A stretch of 47,325 nt of DNA from positions 1 to 47,325 of IMG/VR virus record IMGVR_UViG_3300031454_000253. One strand, 5' to 3'. Each line of letters opens with the position of its first letter. Position 1 is the first letter of the stretch. Made by a program: the position numbers and the translations under genes. The notes beneath the pieces are model-generated. The model saw only the letters and a program-made list of their open reading frames with translations. It did no database searches and was not told where the DNA came from. The stretch is from a virus (lineage: Duplodnaviria > Caudoviricetes). Below are positions 23,121 through 31,669 of this stretch, one piece after another.

Positions 23121-23654
23121 TTACACGAAAGCCGTAAGCGTCTGGTAGTTCTCCATAAGGAAGAGAACATCACTCGCATTGGGGATGGCCCGCGCGTTGA
23201 CCGTGACCTCGGGAAACTCGTTATCACTCATGTTGTAATCCGGTCCGCCCTGCCACTGACAGCGCGGGAAGGTCAGCCGGGTCGCGCCGCCCCCTGAGTC
23301 CTTTGAGGGCGTCTGGGCCTTGAACTGGAAGTCGGCAACCACATCGGTCGTCTTCCGGGTCAGGGTCGTGACCGCTGTCGCACCGGTGCCGGTCGTGACG
23401 ACGACGCCGCCCGAGATCGCGGCAATTGAGGCGAGGGCGAGCTGACCGATCGTGATCGTCAGGTCGACCGAGTTGTACGAGGCGGCGGTCGCCAGAATCT
23501 TGTTATCGCCGCGGGTCTCCGCGGTCTCGATGGAGCCGGACATCTCCGCGCCACGGATACCGACCACATCGACCATCGCGCCCGGCACACCCGCCGCGTA
23601 GGGGTACGCCGCCGCGTCAGCGATGCTATAGGGAATCTCTCCGAATAAACCCAT
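23121..23654 (-). CDS. Major tail tube protein
   Basis: 177-aa beta-rich protein (ETRGDN, LTFPRC, FPEVTVNARA); strong RBS; position between neck and chaperone genes. Confidence 0.85.
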   Translation of the reverse strand: MGLFGEIPYSIADAAAYPYAAGVPGAMVDVVGIRGAEMSGSIETAETRGDNKILATAASYNSVDLTITIGQLALASIAAISGGVVVTTGTGATAVTTLTRKTTDVVADFQFKAQTPSKDSGGGATRLTFPRCQWQGGPDYNMSDNEFPEVTVNARAIPNASDVLFLMENYQTLTAFV

Positions 23655-23743
23655 TGCCTGTGTCCTCCAGCCGTCCGGGAAGCTCGCCCGGCGGCAGGTA
23701 AGGGCACACGCTCAGAACGCGCTGGCCCATCTGTTGTCTCGCG

Positions 23744-24013
23744 CTACGAGTCATTTCGTAGCGTGTCCACGAATTCACTGATCGGTCGCTGCGCCGCGTA
23801 CTCCGTGACGTAGGTTCCGTTGCGTAAATCCCACCGGTGCACCGGCACGAAGCCGTCGCGTGGTGGACAGCATTGGCGGTTGCGACACCGCCGCCGGAAC
23901 CGCACCGGAACACCGTCCCCGTCCAGTTCCACGACTCCGGCCAAGTCCAGACAGCGCAGCGGGATCTCCGTCTGCCCGTCCAACTCCGGTCGGACGCTGA
24001 TCGCTGCGCTCAC
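23744..24013 (-). CDS. Cys-rich, possibly Com-like zinc-binding protein
   Basis: LRC.....RRRCRNRQCC...HRW; directly upstream of the tail tube leader. Confidence 0.5.
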   Translation of the reverse strand: MSAAISVRPELDGQTEIPLRCLDLAGVVELDGDGVPVRFRRRCRNRQCCPPRDGFVPVHRWDLRNGTYVTEYAAQRPISEFVDTLRNDS

Positions 24014-24360
24014 CCCGTCGCCAGGACGATCGCGTCAACCTCTCGATAGAGGTGCCGGTCAATCGCGTTATCGAGCAGGCGACGTGCATCCTCCGGGTCC
24101 ATCGCCTGAATAAACGCCTCCGGTTCCGGGCCAAAGTGATACGACTCCTTGAAGCCATGCTCAGGGCCGAAGATGCGCTCCGTCACACCGGGGAACCGAG
24201 CGTGCCCGCTGTTCTGGCGGGCATCTTCCAGCCTCCGGATCGCCGCCAGGTCGTTCGGGCGAATCTCCCCACGGGCGATCCGCCACTGAACCACCTTATC
24301 GGCGTAGGGCGAGGGGAGGCCGACGAACTCCACGCGTACCCGGACCGTCGTCTCGTCCAT
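24010..24360 (-). CDS. Hypothetical protein (tail region)
   Basis: Tightly packed ORF in the late operon. Confidence 0.65.
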   Translation of the reverse strand: MDETTVRVRVEFVGLPSPYADKVVQWRIARGEIRPNDLAAIRRLEDARQNSGHARFPGVTERIFGPEHGFKESYHFGPEPEAFIQAMDPEDARRLLDNAIDRHLYREVDAIVLATG

Positions 24361-24362
24361 CG

Positions 24363-24575
24363 CTAGCCCTTCTTCTCCGGTGGCGACTCCGGCACTGTTC
24401 CCCCAACCGGGACCGGGACCACTCCGGCATCGGCCTTCGCGTCCGCCTCGGTGTAGCGCTGGAACGGCTCGCGGTCGCCAAAGTTGATGCGGACACCATC
24501 GGGAAGATTCTGTGTGTCCAGATTGGCCAGCACGCCCTTCAGGTTCTTCTCTGCGCTCGTGTCGAGTTTCGTCAT
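24363..24575 (-). CDS. Hypothetical protein
   Basis: Tightly packed ORF in the late operon. Confidence 0.65.
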   Translation of the reverse strand: MTKLDTSAEKNLKGVLANLDTQNLPDGVRINFGDREPFQRYTEADAKADAGVVPVPVGGTVPESPPEKKG

Positions 24576-24578
24576 GGC

Positions 24579-25079
24579 CTACGCCACCCTTTCGATGAGC
24601 CGGACTCCCGTTGTTCGGAAGCGCCGGTAGGTCTGCACACTGCCGGGGAACTCGTCACTATCAATCGGGCCCACCCGCTCGGTGAGCGCCTCCACCGTGG
24701 CGAATGACCCCGGCACCATCCACCCATGAAGGAGCGCCTGGATGCGCCCGTCCGCCGTCTCGATTGCCGCCTTCCCGGTCGCCGTCGCCGGTGCGTAGAG
24801 ATGCACCTGAACGAAGGCATCCCAGGCCAGAGCGTCTGGTCCGCGTTTGCCGGATGGGTGGCCAACCTCGTTCGGCGCCCCCACCACGGCGGCGGGGCGA
24901 AGGCGCCCGCTTGAGCCATCCGCCGCGACATCGAAGGCACCCGGCGTGCTGCCCGGTGTCGCCGGCATCCCGGTCGGGCTCTGATTGCGTGCCAGAGCCC
25001 GAGACCACACCCCACCGGTCAGGGTGGCCATCAGCGTTGCGTCTCCGGCGAGGCGGGCGGCGATCAGGTCGTGGAGCAT
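24579..25079 (-). CDS. Tail terminator/completion protein
   Basis: MLHDLIAARLAGDATLMATLTGGVW...VQVHLYA..IE....IQALLHG pattern; position after the neck gene. Confidence 0.75.
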   Translation of the reverse strand: MLHDLIAARLAGDATLMATLTGGVWSRALARNQSPTGMPATPGSTPGAFDVAADGSSGRLRPAAVVGAPNEVGHPSGKRGPDALAWDAFVQVHLYAPATATGKAAIETADGRIQALLHGWMVPGSFATVEALTERVGPIDSDEFPGSVQTYRRFRTTGVRLIERVA

Positions 25080-25080
25080 G

Positions 25081-25440
25081 TCAACCACCAACCAGCGCAC
25101 GAGCGGCCGCCATGATCGGGGCGTAATGCTTCTCGAGTGTCGGAACGAGGACGGCGAACCGGCCCGCGTTCTTGAGTTCGAGGTAAATCCCGTAGCTGAC
25201 CGAATAGGCAAGGATGATCGTGACACCAGTCGCGGCTTTCACCGCCAGCCCCGTCAGCCCCTGCCGAGCGGCGCCCGTGCGATCGGTCCACGGCGCCGTT
25301 TGCTTGGCATAGGATTCCAGCACCGCCGCGAAGTGGTCCGCAAGGAGATGAAGCGCCTGAAGCACCTTGTGCCCATAGTCAGTGACCGAGACGCCCAACG
25401 CGGTCGGCGTTCTGCTCCAGACCAGACCGGCTGTCGCCAT
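25081..25440 (-). CDS. HK97 gp10-like neck protein
   Basis: AKQTAPWTDRTGAARQGL..SVSYGIYLELKNAGRFAVLVPT signature. Confidence 0.85.
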   Translation of the reverse strand: MATAGLVWSRTPTALGVSVTDYGHKVLQALHLLADHFAAVLESYAKQTAPWTDRTGAARQGLTGLAVKAATGVTIILAYSVSYGIYLELKNAGRFAVLVPTLEKHYAPIMAAARALVGG

Positions 25441-25441
25441 C

Positions 25442-25837
25442 TCAGGCAACTCCTCGCGATAGTTCGTACTGCGCCGTCACGATCCCGTTTTCAGCGACGG
25501 ACACCGACAGGACGCGTCCCCGCCCGCCGTTGAGGGCGAACTGATCACCGGCTCGGATATTGAGCGGAGCAAATCCCTGAATCAGCCCACCCTCCACACG
25601 GAACCGACTTGCGCCGCTGCCCGTCCCGCCGCCGGCTTCCACTGGTTGTCGGTCGTCGCGTTTCATGACCACGGCCTGAGCGGGAATCGCTGCCCATGCT
25701 TCGGTCGTGGGGTTGAATCGCTCCAGCACCAGGTAAACCAGTGGATCCGTCAGGGCAAAGCGGGTTGCCAGTGCGCGACCCCGCAACGCTCCGACCTTCG
25801 CGATCATCGACGCCGGCAGGAACGACCGATCCACCAT
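25442..25837 (-). CDS. Head closure/stopper protein
   Basis: Position; LNIRAGDQFALNG beta motif. Confidence 0.65.
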   Translation of the reverse strand: MVDRSFLPASMIAKVGALRGRALATRFALTDPLVYLVLERFNPTTEAWAAIPAQAVVMKRDDRQPVEAGGGTGSGASRFRVEGGLIQGFAPLNIRAGDQFALNGGRGRVLSVSVAENGIVTAQYELSRGVA

Positions 25838-26262
25838 CAGAACGTCTCCACCGCATCCGTCTCGCGGTCCAGGAAACCGAGATTGAGCGTGCCGGACTGG
25901 ACCGTGAGACTTGCTACGCCGAATGTGGCGATCATTTCGTCGCGGGCTTTGGTGATCAACTTCTCGACGTTGTCGATCATCTGTTGCAACCGGAAGCTGT
26001 CTCCGTCGACCGTGACGTCGAAACGATCCGCGATAGCCTCCTGAATCCTGAGCAGCGTCTGATACCGGACATAGATCAGCGAGCCCCAGGTATCGGTCGG
26101 CGCCGCGGTCGCCAGGTCCGCCTCGGCATATCCCATCGCACGCAAGGCATCGTCTATCGGCTCTTTCAAGCCGCCGACGCTATCGGTCATCACCACCTCA
26201 GCTTCCGCCAGGAGGCGACCGTAGCGTGCGATGAGATAGGCCACGATGTCGGAGCGGGTCAC
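25837..26262 (-). CDS. Head-tail adaptor protein
   Basis: Helical protein after the capsid gene with an FDVTVDGDSF hairpin. Confidence 0.65.
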   Translation of the reverse strand: MTRSDIVAYLIARYGRLLAEAEVVMTDSVGGLKEPIDDALRAMGYAEADLATAAPTDTWGSLIYVRYQTLLRIQEAIADRFDVTVDGDSFRLQQMIDNVEKLITKARDEMIATFGVASLTVQSGTLNLGFLDRETDAVETF

Positions 26263-26265
26263 GAG

Positions 26266-26487
26266 TTAGTTGCCGCCCTTGAGCGGTTCACCGTTGGCGT
26301 CCACGAAGGTGTTTCCCACCTTGTATTTTCCACCGGGGACCGTGACGTCCATCTCCAGCGCCTTGCCCTCCGTCATCGCTTCCGCCGCTCGCACGTTGCG
26401 GTCATCGGCCTGCATGACAACGGTGACGGGCTGTGGCTGTGACGGTGCCGGCTTTGGCGCGTCAGTGTCGTTTGGCGTGTTCGCCAT
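26266..26487 (-). CDS. Small hypothetical virion-associated protein
   Basis: RBS AAGGA; TVPGGKYKVG..VDANGEPL motif. Confidence 0.65.
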   Translation of the reverse strand: MANTPNDTDAPKPAPSQPQPVTVVMQADDRNVRAAEAMTEGKALEMDVTVPGGKYKVGNTFVDANGEPLKGGN

Positions 26488-26505
26488 GTCAGTCATTCCT
26501 TCCGT

Positions 26506-27567
26506 CTAGTTGAAGACCGGCGCGACGTAGCTAGCTGAGCCAACGTAGAGCACAGCGCCGGCGGTTCGCGTATACACGGAGATGCCGTACTCGCGCTCCA
26601 TGTGCTGCGCTCGCAGCGGGTAGTGCTCGTGGTCGGCCGCGATAGCCAGCGCCCCAAGGCCGGTGGGGGCACCGGTGCGCGTGCGGAACGCCAGCGGCTT
26701 CGCCGTGGTTCGCGCATCGAAGGCAAACAGGTAGGAGGCCGGAATCCAGGGCTTGACCCAGACTTCCGCCGCATCGAAGGTGCCGATGGCGCGGCTGTTG
26801 ATATTGGTCATCAGCAGGGCACCGTCAGCACGAGATGCGTTCACCGACGGAATGATGCGCGCGTCCATGTAGGGCTGGAAGTTCGCCATCGCGCGGATGG
26901 CCGCTTCCTGCGCCCGGTTGATGTAGAGCCGGACCTGACCCGTGACGCCGTGCTCAACCACCGTCTCAATCAGGGCTGACACGTTGGCCGCCACAAGAGC
27001 CGCCGTCGCCAGGTAGTGCGTATGCGTGGCGCCATCGAAGGCCTCACCGTTCGGCCCGTTCGGGATGCCGGTGCCATCGGCGTTGACGAGGGCGCGCAGC
27101 GGCAACGTCACGTTATCGACCAGGCGGTCGACGTAGGTGAGGCTGTTCGTCGGGCCAAAGACGGCCCGTTTGATGCTGCGCTGAATCCCGCGCCGGTCCG
27201 CTTCCTGCGCCGCCACGGCCTGCGCCGCCAGCTCACCCGCCCGCTGCGTCAGCATGAAGGTTCGGGTCCACTGAATGGCGATCTGCGACTTGCGGAGCGG
27301 GAAGCCGACGTTCGCACCGGCGGTCATCTTCTGTGTATCGACCGCGCCGAACTCGTCAACCTCTTCCATCTCCATCGTGGAGACGGTGCCATAGCGGCGA
27401 AGGTTGTCGCTCGTGAACTCCACGAGGTCGCCGAGCGCCTCTGCCGTAATGGCATTGTGCGCGTCGAGAGATCGCTGAATGGCGTCAAACGCCTGGTCTT
27501 CGCCAAACTCCGTCACCGTCTGCTGAGAGGCGTTGAGTTGGTCGAGGACGCTGAGTGTGCCGTACAT
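26506..27567 (-). CDS. Major capsid protein
   Basis: 353 aa after scaffold and decoration genes; VDEFG, GFPL, THTHY and EYGISV motifs of an HK97-fold capsid family. Confidence 0.9.
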   Translation of the reverse strand: MYGTLSVLDQLNASQQTVTEFGEDQAFDAIQRSLDAHNAITAEALGDLVEFTSDNLRRYGTVSTMEMEEVDEFGAVDTQKMTAGANVGFPLRKSQIAIQWTRTFMLTQRAGELAAQAVAAQEADRRGIQRSIKRAVFGPTNSLTYVDRLVDNVTLPLRALVNADGTGIPNGPNGEAFDGATHTHYLATAALVAANVSALIETVVEHGVTGQVRLYINRAQEAAIRAMANFQPYMDARIIPSVNASRADGALLMTNINSRAIGTFDAAEVWVKPWIPASYLFAFDARTTAKPLAFRTRTGAPTGLGALAIAADHEHYPLRAQHMEREYGISVYTRTAGAVLYVGSASYVAPVFN

Positions 27568-27584
27568 AGTGTCTCAGCCCTCCC

Positions 27585-27980
27585 CTACCACGACCGCTTG
27601 AGCGACAGGCGCGTCGCGTCAATGGCGCGCGCAACGACCACGGTGCCGCCCGTGGAGGCCACCGTATCGAGGCCACCGGCGACGGTCCCGGAGAGGTAAT
27701 AGTTCGTGCCCGGCGTCATACCGGCGCCGTAGTAAAAGTGGACATCGTGGAAGAGGGTGACACCCTCATTGATCGGTGCGGCGCCGGCGGCAAACCCGTC
27801 AACGACCGCGGCAGCGTTTACCGCCGCTCCCGTGCTTGGGTAAACCTTGCCGTCCGCATTGAGGTAGCAGGCATCGCCCGCGGCAATCGCCGCTCCGGCA
27901 AGCCGGCCCACAATCGAATGCTCACGAGACGGGGTTGCAGAGCACACGCTCGGCGTCCCGCTCTTGGCTAGTGCAGCCAT
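27585..27980 (-). CDS. Capsid decoration/cement protein
   Basis: LAGAAIAAGDACYL..DGKVY..GMTPG..YYLS beta-tulip-like pattern. Confidence 0.8.
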   Translation of the reverse strand: MAALAKSGTPSVCSATPSREHSIVGRLAGAAIAAGDACYLNADGKVYPSTGAAVNAAAVVDGFAAGAAPINEGVTLFHDVHFYYGAGMTPGTNYYLSGTVAGGLDTVASTGGTVVVARAIDATRLSLKRSW

Positions 27981-28001
27981 GGTGTCTCCTTGGTACCGGA
28001 G

Positions 28002-28607
28002 CTAGAAGGCGTAGGCCCCCGAGTTCCGCAGCTCGTTTTTCGTGTCGTCAATGGTCGGCCCGGCGCCGTCAATCCGTCGCGGATTCGGCCCGTTGCCGGT
28101 GCGTGGCGTCATGCCCGCCAGCCGGTCCACGAGCGCCTTGGTCCGGTTGAGGTGAGCCGCCTTCGCGAGGATGTCGTCGTCCGCACCTTCGTACATCGCC
28201 GCGACCTCCGTGGGGAGGTCTTTCCACCGCGCCTCGACATCCGGGCTCAACACGCTGATGGCCTGCTGATACTTCGTCTCGGCGTCGGTGACGGCAACTT
28301 TCGCCTGGTCGCGTTCCTGCTCCAGGCTGGAGCGGACCGCGTCGAAATTGCCCTTTTCGATTTCCGCGTTGCGCTTGCGATCGGCATCCTCTTGCGCCTT
28401 GGCAGCCGCGAGCGCCTGTTCGGCTTCCGATTTCCCCGTTTGCTTGCCGTCACGGCGCGCATTCGCAGCAATGCGGTCAATCTCGGCCTGCTGCTCGGGA
28501 GTGAACGTCACCTTGCCCTCGTCCCCCTTTTGTGCCGGCGGGGTATCCGGGTTGGGCGTCGGTGTAAACGTCACCGTCGTGTTCGTCACTGGTGTCGCGT
28601 CAGTCAT
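28002..28607 (-). CDS. Capsid scaffolding protein
   Basis: Low-complexity N-terminus, TFTPEQQAEIDRI motif and coiled coil. Confidence 0.8.
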   Translation of the reverse strand: MTDATPVTNTTVTFTPTPNPDTPPAQKGDEGKVTFTPEQQAEIDRIAANARRDGKQTGKSEAEQALAAAKAQEDADRKRNAEIEKGNFDAVRSSLEQERDQAKVAVTDAETKYQQAISVLSPDVEARWKDLPTEVAAMYEGADDDILAKAAHLNRTKALVDRLAGMTPRTGNGPNPRRIDGAGPTIDDTKNELRNSGAYAF

Positions 28608-28658
28608 GTTCATCTCCGTCCCGGATTACGCCTCCGGTGGGGCTGGTGGTGGACACGC

Positions 28659-28746
28659 AAAAAGGCCGGACAGGTCCGACCTCTCAGGGTCTTCACAGTC
28701 CGGCTTCAGCGAGCCTTATCTTCGGTTGTACCTCGTAACTATATCA
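28659..28746 (-). promoter_or_regulatory. Head-operon promoter and attenuator-like leader
   Basis: TGaTATAGT extended -10; hairpin GGCT-CGCTGA-AGCC overlapping terminator stem GCCGGAC/GTCCGGC with inner GACC-CTGAGA-GGTC and a CTTTTT tail. Confidence 0.6.
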
Positions 28747-28754
28747 CGAGATAG

Positions 28755-28901
28755 CTACGCTGCTTCTTTCACCAACGCGTTGCACTTGCCGCACTTGATC
28801 TCGACGATACTTCCGGGCGCCAACCGCAGCTTGGCAAGGAGGTTGCCGCACTTCGGACACCTCCAGAAGTCAAGGCTGGGTGGTGCTGGCTTCGGTTCCA
28901 T
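28755..28901 (-). CDS. Mu Com-family zinc-ribbon regulator
   Basis: WRCPKCGNLLAK...IVEIKCGKCNA is the Com-family pattern. Confidence 0.85.
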   Translation of the reverse strand: MEPKPAPPSLDFWRCPKCGNLLAKLRLAPGSIVEIKCGKCNALVKEAA

Positions 28902-29173
28902 TACGCCACCCACATCCACATCTCCCCAACCCGAACGACCGGTACCCATTGCCCATCACGCCAGGCAACCCAGCGACCAGAGCAGCGATGGACAGGGCTT
29001 GTCACCGTCGGAAACGCATCGTGAAGGATTTGCCCGAACTCTCGGATCGTGTCCGATAGCCCCTCTGCGAAGCGTCGCCCTACGTCTGTTGAGTTTTGGG
29101 CGATGGCGATCATGGTATCCCCCAGCTCTTGCACCCGCTGTTCTCGTGCATCGTCATAGGTCCAGTCTTTCAC
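28901..29173 (-). CDS. Hypothetical protein
   Basis: Translationally coupled on both sides. Confidence 0.6.
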   Translation of the reverse strand: MKDWTYDDAREQRVQELGDTMIAIAQNSTDVGRRFAEGLSDTIREFGQILHDAFPTVTSPVHRCSGRWVAWRDGQWVPVVRVGEMWMWVA

Positions 29174-29355
29174 GCTGCCCGCCTTTCATCCTTCAACGCC
29201 CGGGATAGTGGCTTGACCGTTCGCGTCGTGCCCCACACCGGATCATGCATCGTCTGCACGAGGTCCGGCAGATCGATCAGCCCCGCCGCGTAGGCATCAT
29301 GCGCCGCTGGCCCGAGGATCTCCCTCTGCGCCTCAGCATCGAGCCGGTAGTCCAC
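29170..29355 (-). pseudogene. Fragment resembling the C-terminus of a gpF-like minor head protein
   Basis: QREILGP..HDAYAAG.IDLPDLV...DPVWG..TVKPL motif; weak start. Confidence 0.45.
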
Positions 29356-29359
29356 GCCC

Positions 29360-29734
29360 TCAGTTGTCAAACCAGAAGATGAGCCGGGCATCTGGCAGCG
29401 CCTGCATCATGGCCAGCAGTCCATCGGTGTCCGCACCCCGTGGATAGGGCGAGACGGCGTCGTACACCTTGAGCACGTGACCAACCTCGTCAGTCGTGAG
29501 CCACGACGGCGTATGAGCATCCTCGTCAAACTGCTCCGCAACCCATTCGGTCAGGTCGTGTGGCAGTCCACGAGGTTGGAACACCGGGGCATATTCCTTC
29601 ATGGCGTCCCGCGTCCGAACGCCGGCAAGCAATGCGAATAGGTCATAGTTGCGGGCGAGATGAAGCGCGGCGACACACGACCGAGGTCCCTGATAACGGG
29701 GGTAGTCGATAAATCCGTGAATGTCGCAACCCAT
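29360..29734 (-). CDS. Conserved phage hypothetical protein (MGCDIH...FWFDN family)
   Basis: MGCDIH, RNYDLFALLAGVR, PRGLP.D, SWLT..E and RLIFWFDN motifs. Confidence 0.85.
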   Translation of the reverse strand: MGCDIHGFIDYPRYQGPRSCVAALHLARNYDLFALLAGVRTRDAMKEYAPVFQPRGLPHDLTEWVAEQFDEDAHTPSWLTTDEVGHVLKVYDAVSPYPRGADTDGLLAMMQALPDARLIFWFDN

Positions 29735-29745
29735 TAGCTCGCCAC

Positions 29746-30129
29746 CTAGGCGTACCACCTCTTGATAGCCCGAAACGCGGCTGATACCTCCTTGTCGTTG
29801 ATATATCTCAAAAGGATGTAATCCGCTTCTGAGTGATTATTCTCAACGTCGCCGTCGTTGAGTTTCGCAATCTCCTCAAGTTCCCGGATAAGTTCTTCTT
29901 TCGTCATCATCCCACCACCGTCAGAACCAAACTCCGAGTTCACTTTTGTCCTCGGCGCTGCCTCGCGGAGCTTTTCGTTGGGTTCATCCGGGCTTAGCAA
30001 CGCCTCAACAAAGGCCACACTATCCCGTGTGGTGAGTGTCATCACGACGGCACCACGATAAACAGATGCTTCGTCCATCGCCTGCGACGGCGGCGACACC
30101 GAGAGCGGGCTGGCTTTCCATCCGGTCAT
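29746..30129 (-). CDS. Hypothetical chimeric protein: TacA/DUF1778-like segment plus a small phage domain ending KRWYA (may have its own start at 29910)
   Basis: GGAGGT before ATG 30129; LTTRDSVAFVEALLSPDEPNEKLREAA; MTKEELIRELEE...ADYILLRYINDKEV...WYA. Confidence 0.55.
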   Translation of the reverse strand: MTGWKASPLSVSPPSQAMDEASVYRGAVVMTLTTRDSVAFVEALLSPDEPNEKLREAAPRTKVNSEFGSDGGGMMTKEELIRELEEIAKLNDGDVENNHSEADYILLRYINDKEVSAAFRAIKRWYA

Positions 30130-30242
30130 GCTGACCTCCGTATCCATCGCCACGCTGCAAGGCATCGAGATCCAATAGCGATCATCGCGGCTTCGGTCCG
30201 GGCTTCGCCGAACAACAGGCACGCGAGCCCATAAATCATCAT
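30126..30242 (-). CDS. Putative 38-aa hydrophobic peptide
   Basis: ATGA overlaps at both ends; RBS GGAGG; MMIYGLACLLFGEARTEAAMIAIGSRCLAAWRWIRRSA. Confidence 0.45.
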   Translation of the reverse strand: MMIYGLACLLFGEARTEAAMIAIGSRCLAAWRWIRRSA

Positions 30243-30991
30243 GCTGCTTCCTCCCCACGCAAGAATCGCCAGACCTCATACAGTTGTCCGACCAGCGATC
30301 GCAGCCGCGACGGTCGTTCCTGTACCGCGAGGGGCGCCGATGTCTGGTCCAAGCCGAATGCCGAGCGGAGCGATTGGACAACGGCGCGGGTGTCTTCTAC
30401 CTGTACTGGGGCTAGTGTGCATAACTCATGGGGATGCTGGGGATAACTCGGTACGTCACGTGGTGAGAACACCCCGCGCCCCAAGCCTTCGTCATGTTCG
30501 GCGTAGCGATTACAGGTGTCTGCCTCTTTGTGGCCAGCCGAGAGCATCCAGCGCACACCCCGCGTGAACGGATTACGTTTTGCCGTTTCAATCGTGCTGA
30601 GTCCATGCGCCCGTGTGATCTCCGTCCGCGCCAACCTGCGAGCTGCGTAACTTCCGGACCCCGCCCGCCCTGGCGTCGCCGTCACGATCCGCTTTGGCTG
30701 CTGTGCGACCAATCGCCCGGTCTCATCTCGCCGCGGCGCCCATGACGGCGACAGCCACTGTTCAAGCTTCCGCGCGGTCACGAGCGGGTCTTCACCACTC
30801 ACCACGGCATTGACCAGCGTCCGGTCAATCGCCTGGCGCGCCGACTGACGGGCGAGCCAGACGCGGTCACTCAATCGGTAGCCATTCGGATCGACCCATG
30901 ATCGCGTGTCGTCAAAGGCCGTGGCCCGGCGCTGGCGCTCTGCCGCACCGATGACACCGCCGAGCGGATCGAATGGGAGTGGGGCGATCAC
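30239..30991 (-). CDS. Mu gpF-like minor head morphogenesis protein (C-terminal part)
   Basis: GYRLSDRVW, ARRLARTEITRAH, W.LS..H...D.C and PQHPHELC motifs. Confidence 0.85.
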   Translation of the reverse strand: MIAPLPFDPLGGVIGAAERQRRATAFDDTRSWVDPNGYRLSDRVWLARQSARQAIDRTLVNAVVSGEDPLVTARKLEQWLSPSWAPRRDETGRLVAQQPKRIVTATPGRAGSGSYAARRLARTEITRAHGLSTIETAKRNPFTRGVRWMLSAGHKEADTCNRYAEHDEGLGRGVFSPRDVPSYPQHPHELCTLAPVQVEDTRAVVQSLRSAFGLDQTSAPLAVQERPSRLRSLVGQLYEVWRFLRGEEAA

Positions 30992-31354
30992 TTAGGCCAC
31001 GTCCTGGTCGATTATTGCCAGCAGCTCCGGCTCTCTCCGCAACCGATGCCGGATGTCCTCCACCGCCGCAACCACCGGGAGCAACGCCGCCTCGCGTGCC
31101 CGTCGCAAGATCAGTTGATAGAGCGGCGCCCGCGTGTCTCCACGAAATGCGCCATACCCACCACTCAACGCGGCGTCCACATCTGCCATGATCCGCAATC
31201 GTGACATCGCCGTGATCCGTGGTCCCTCCGGGGTCTCGACGACGTGCCGACGCACCGACCCGACAACAGCGCGGGCGACCGGTCGCTGAAGTGTATCAAT
31301 GTCTCGGTCAATCCGGAATAAGAGCGCGTCGCGTTCAGCGCGTGGACTCGTCAT
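30992..31354 (-). CDS. Hypothetical protein, possibly the N-terminal part of the gpF-like protein
   Basis: RBS GGGAGG; in frame with the next ORF and separated from it only by TAA. Confidence 0.65.
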   Translation of the reverse strand: MTSPRAERDALLFRIDRDIDTLQRPVARAVVGSVRRHVVETPEGPRITAMSRLRIMADVDAALSGGYGAFRGDTRAPLYQLILRRAREAALLPVVAAVEDIRHRLRREPELLAIIDQDVA

Positions 31355-31655
31355 AGATCGCCTCCCAGAGCTCCACTGCATCACCGGACGGCCCGCGAAG
31401 CACGACACGAAGCGATCCGTTATTCGTCGCGAGATCAATCGACCACCCATCCACACCGAGCGATGCGAGTGGCACCATGGCGATGGCGTTTCGACCCCCC
31501 AGCCGGTGCACCTTTGGTTCCAGCTTCACCCGCTCCGGCGCACCCTCAGCGGATCCCGCTTCCATGGCCGCGCCCAGCATGGCGAGGGGGTCTGAGGCGT
31601 TGGCCGCTTCCAGGGCCGCACGAATGCCGGCAAGTTCGTCCGCGATGCGCTCCAT
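31335..31655 (-). CDS. Hypothetical protein
   Basis: RBS GGAGGG before ATG 31655. Confidence 0.65.
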   Translation of the reverse strand: MERIADELAGIRAALEAANASDPLAMLGAAMEAGSAEGAPERVKLEPKVHRLGGRNAIAMVPLASLGVDGWSIDLATNNGSLRVVLRGPSGDAVELWEAIYDESTR

Positions 31656-31669
31656 CGCTTGCCCTCCGT

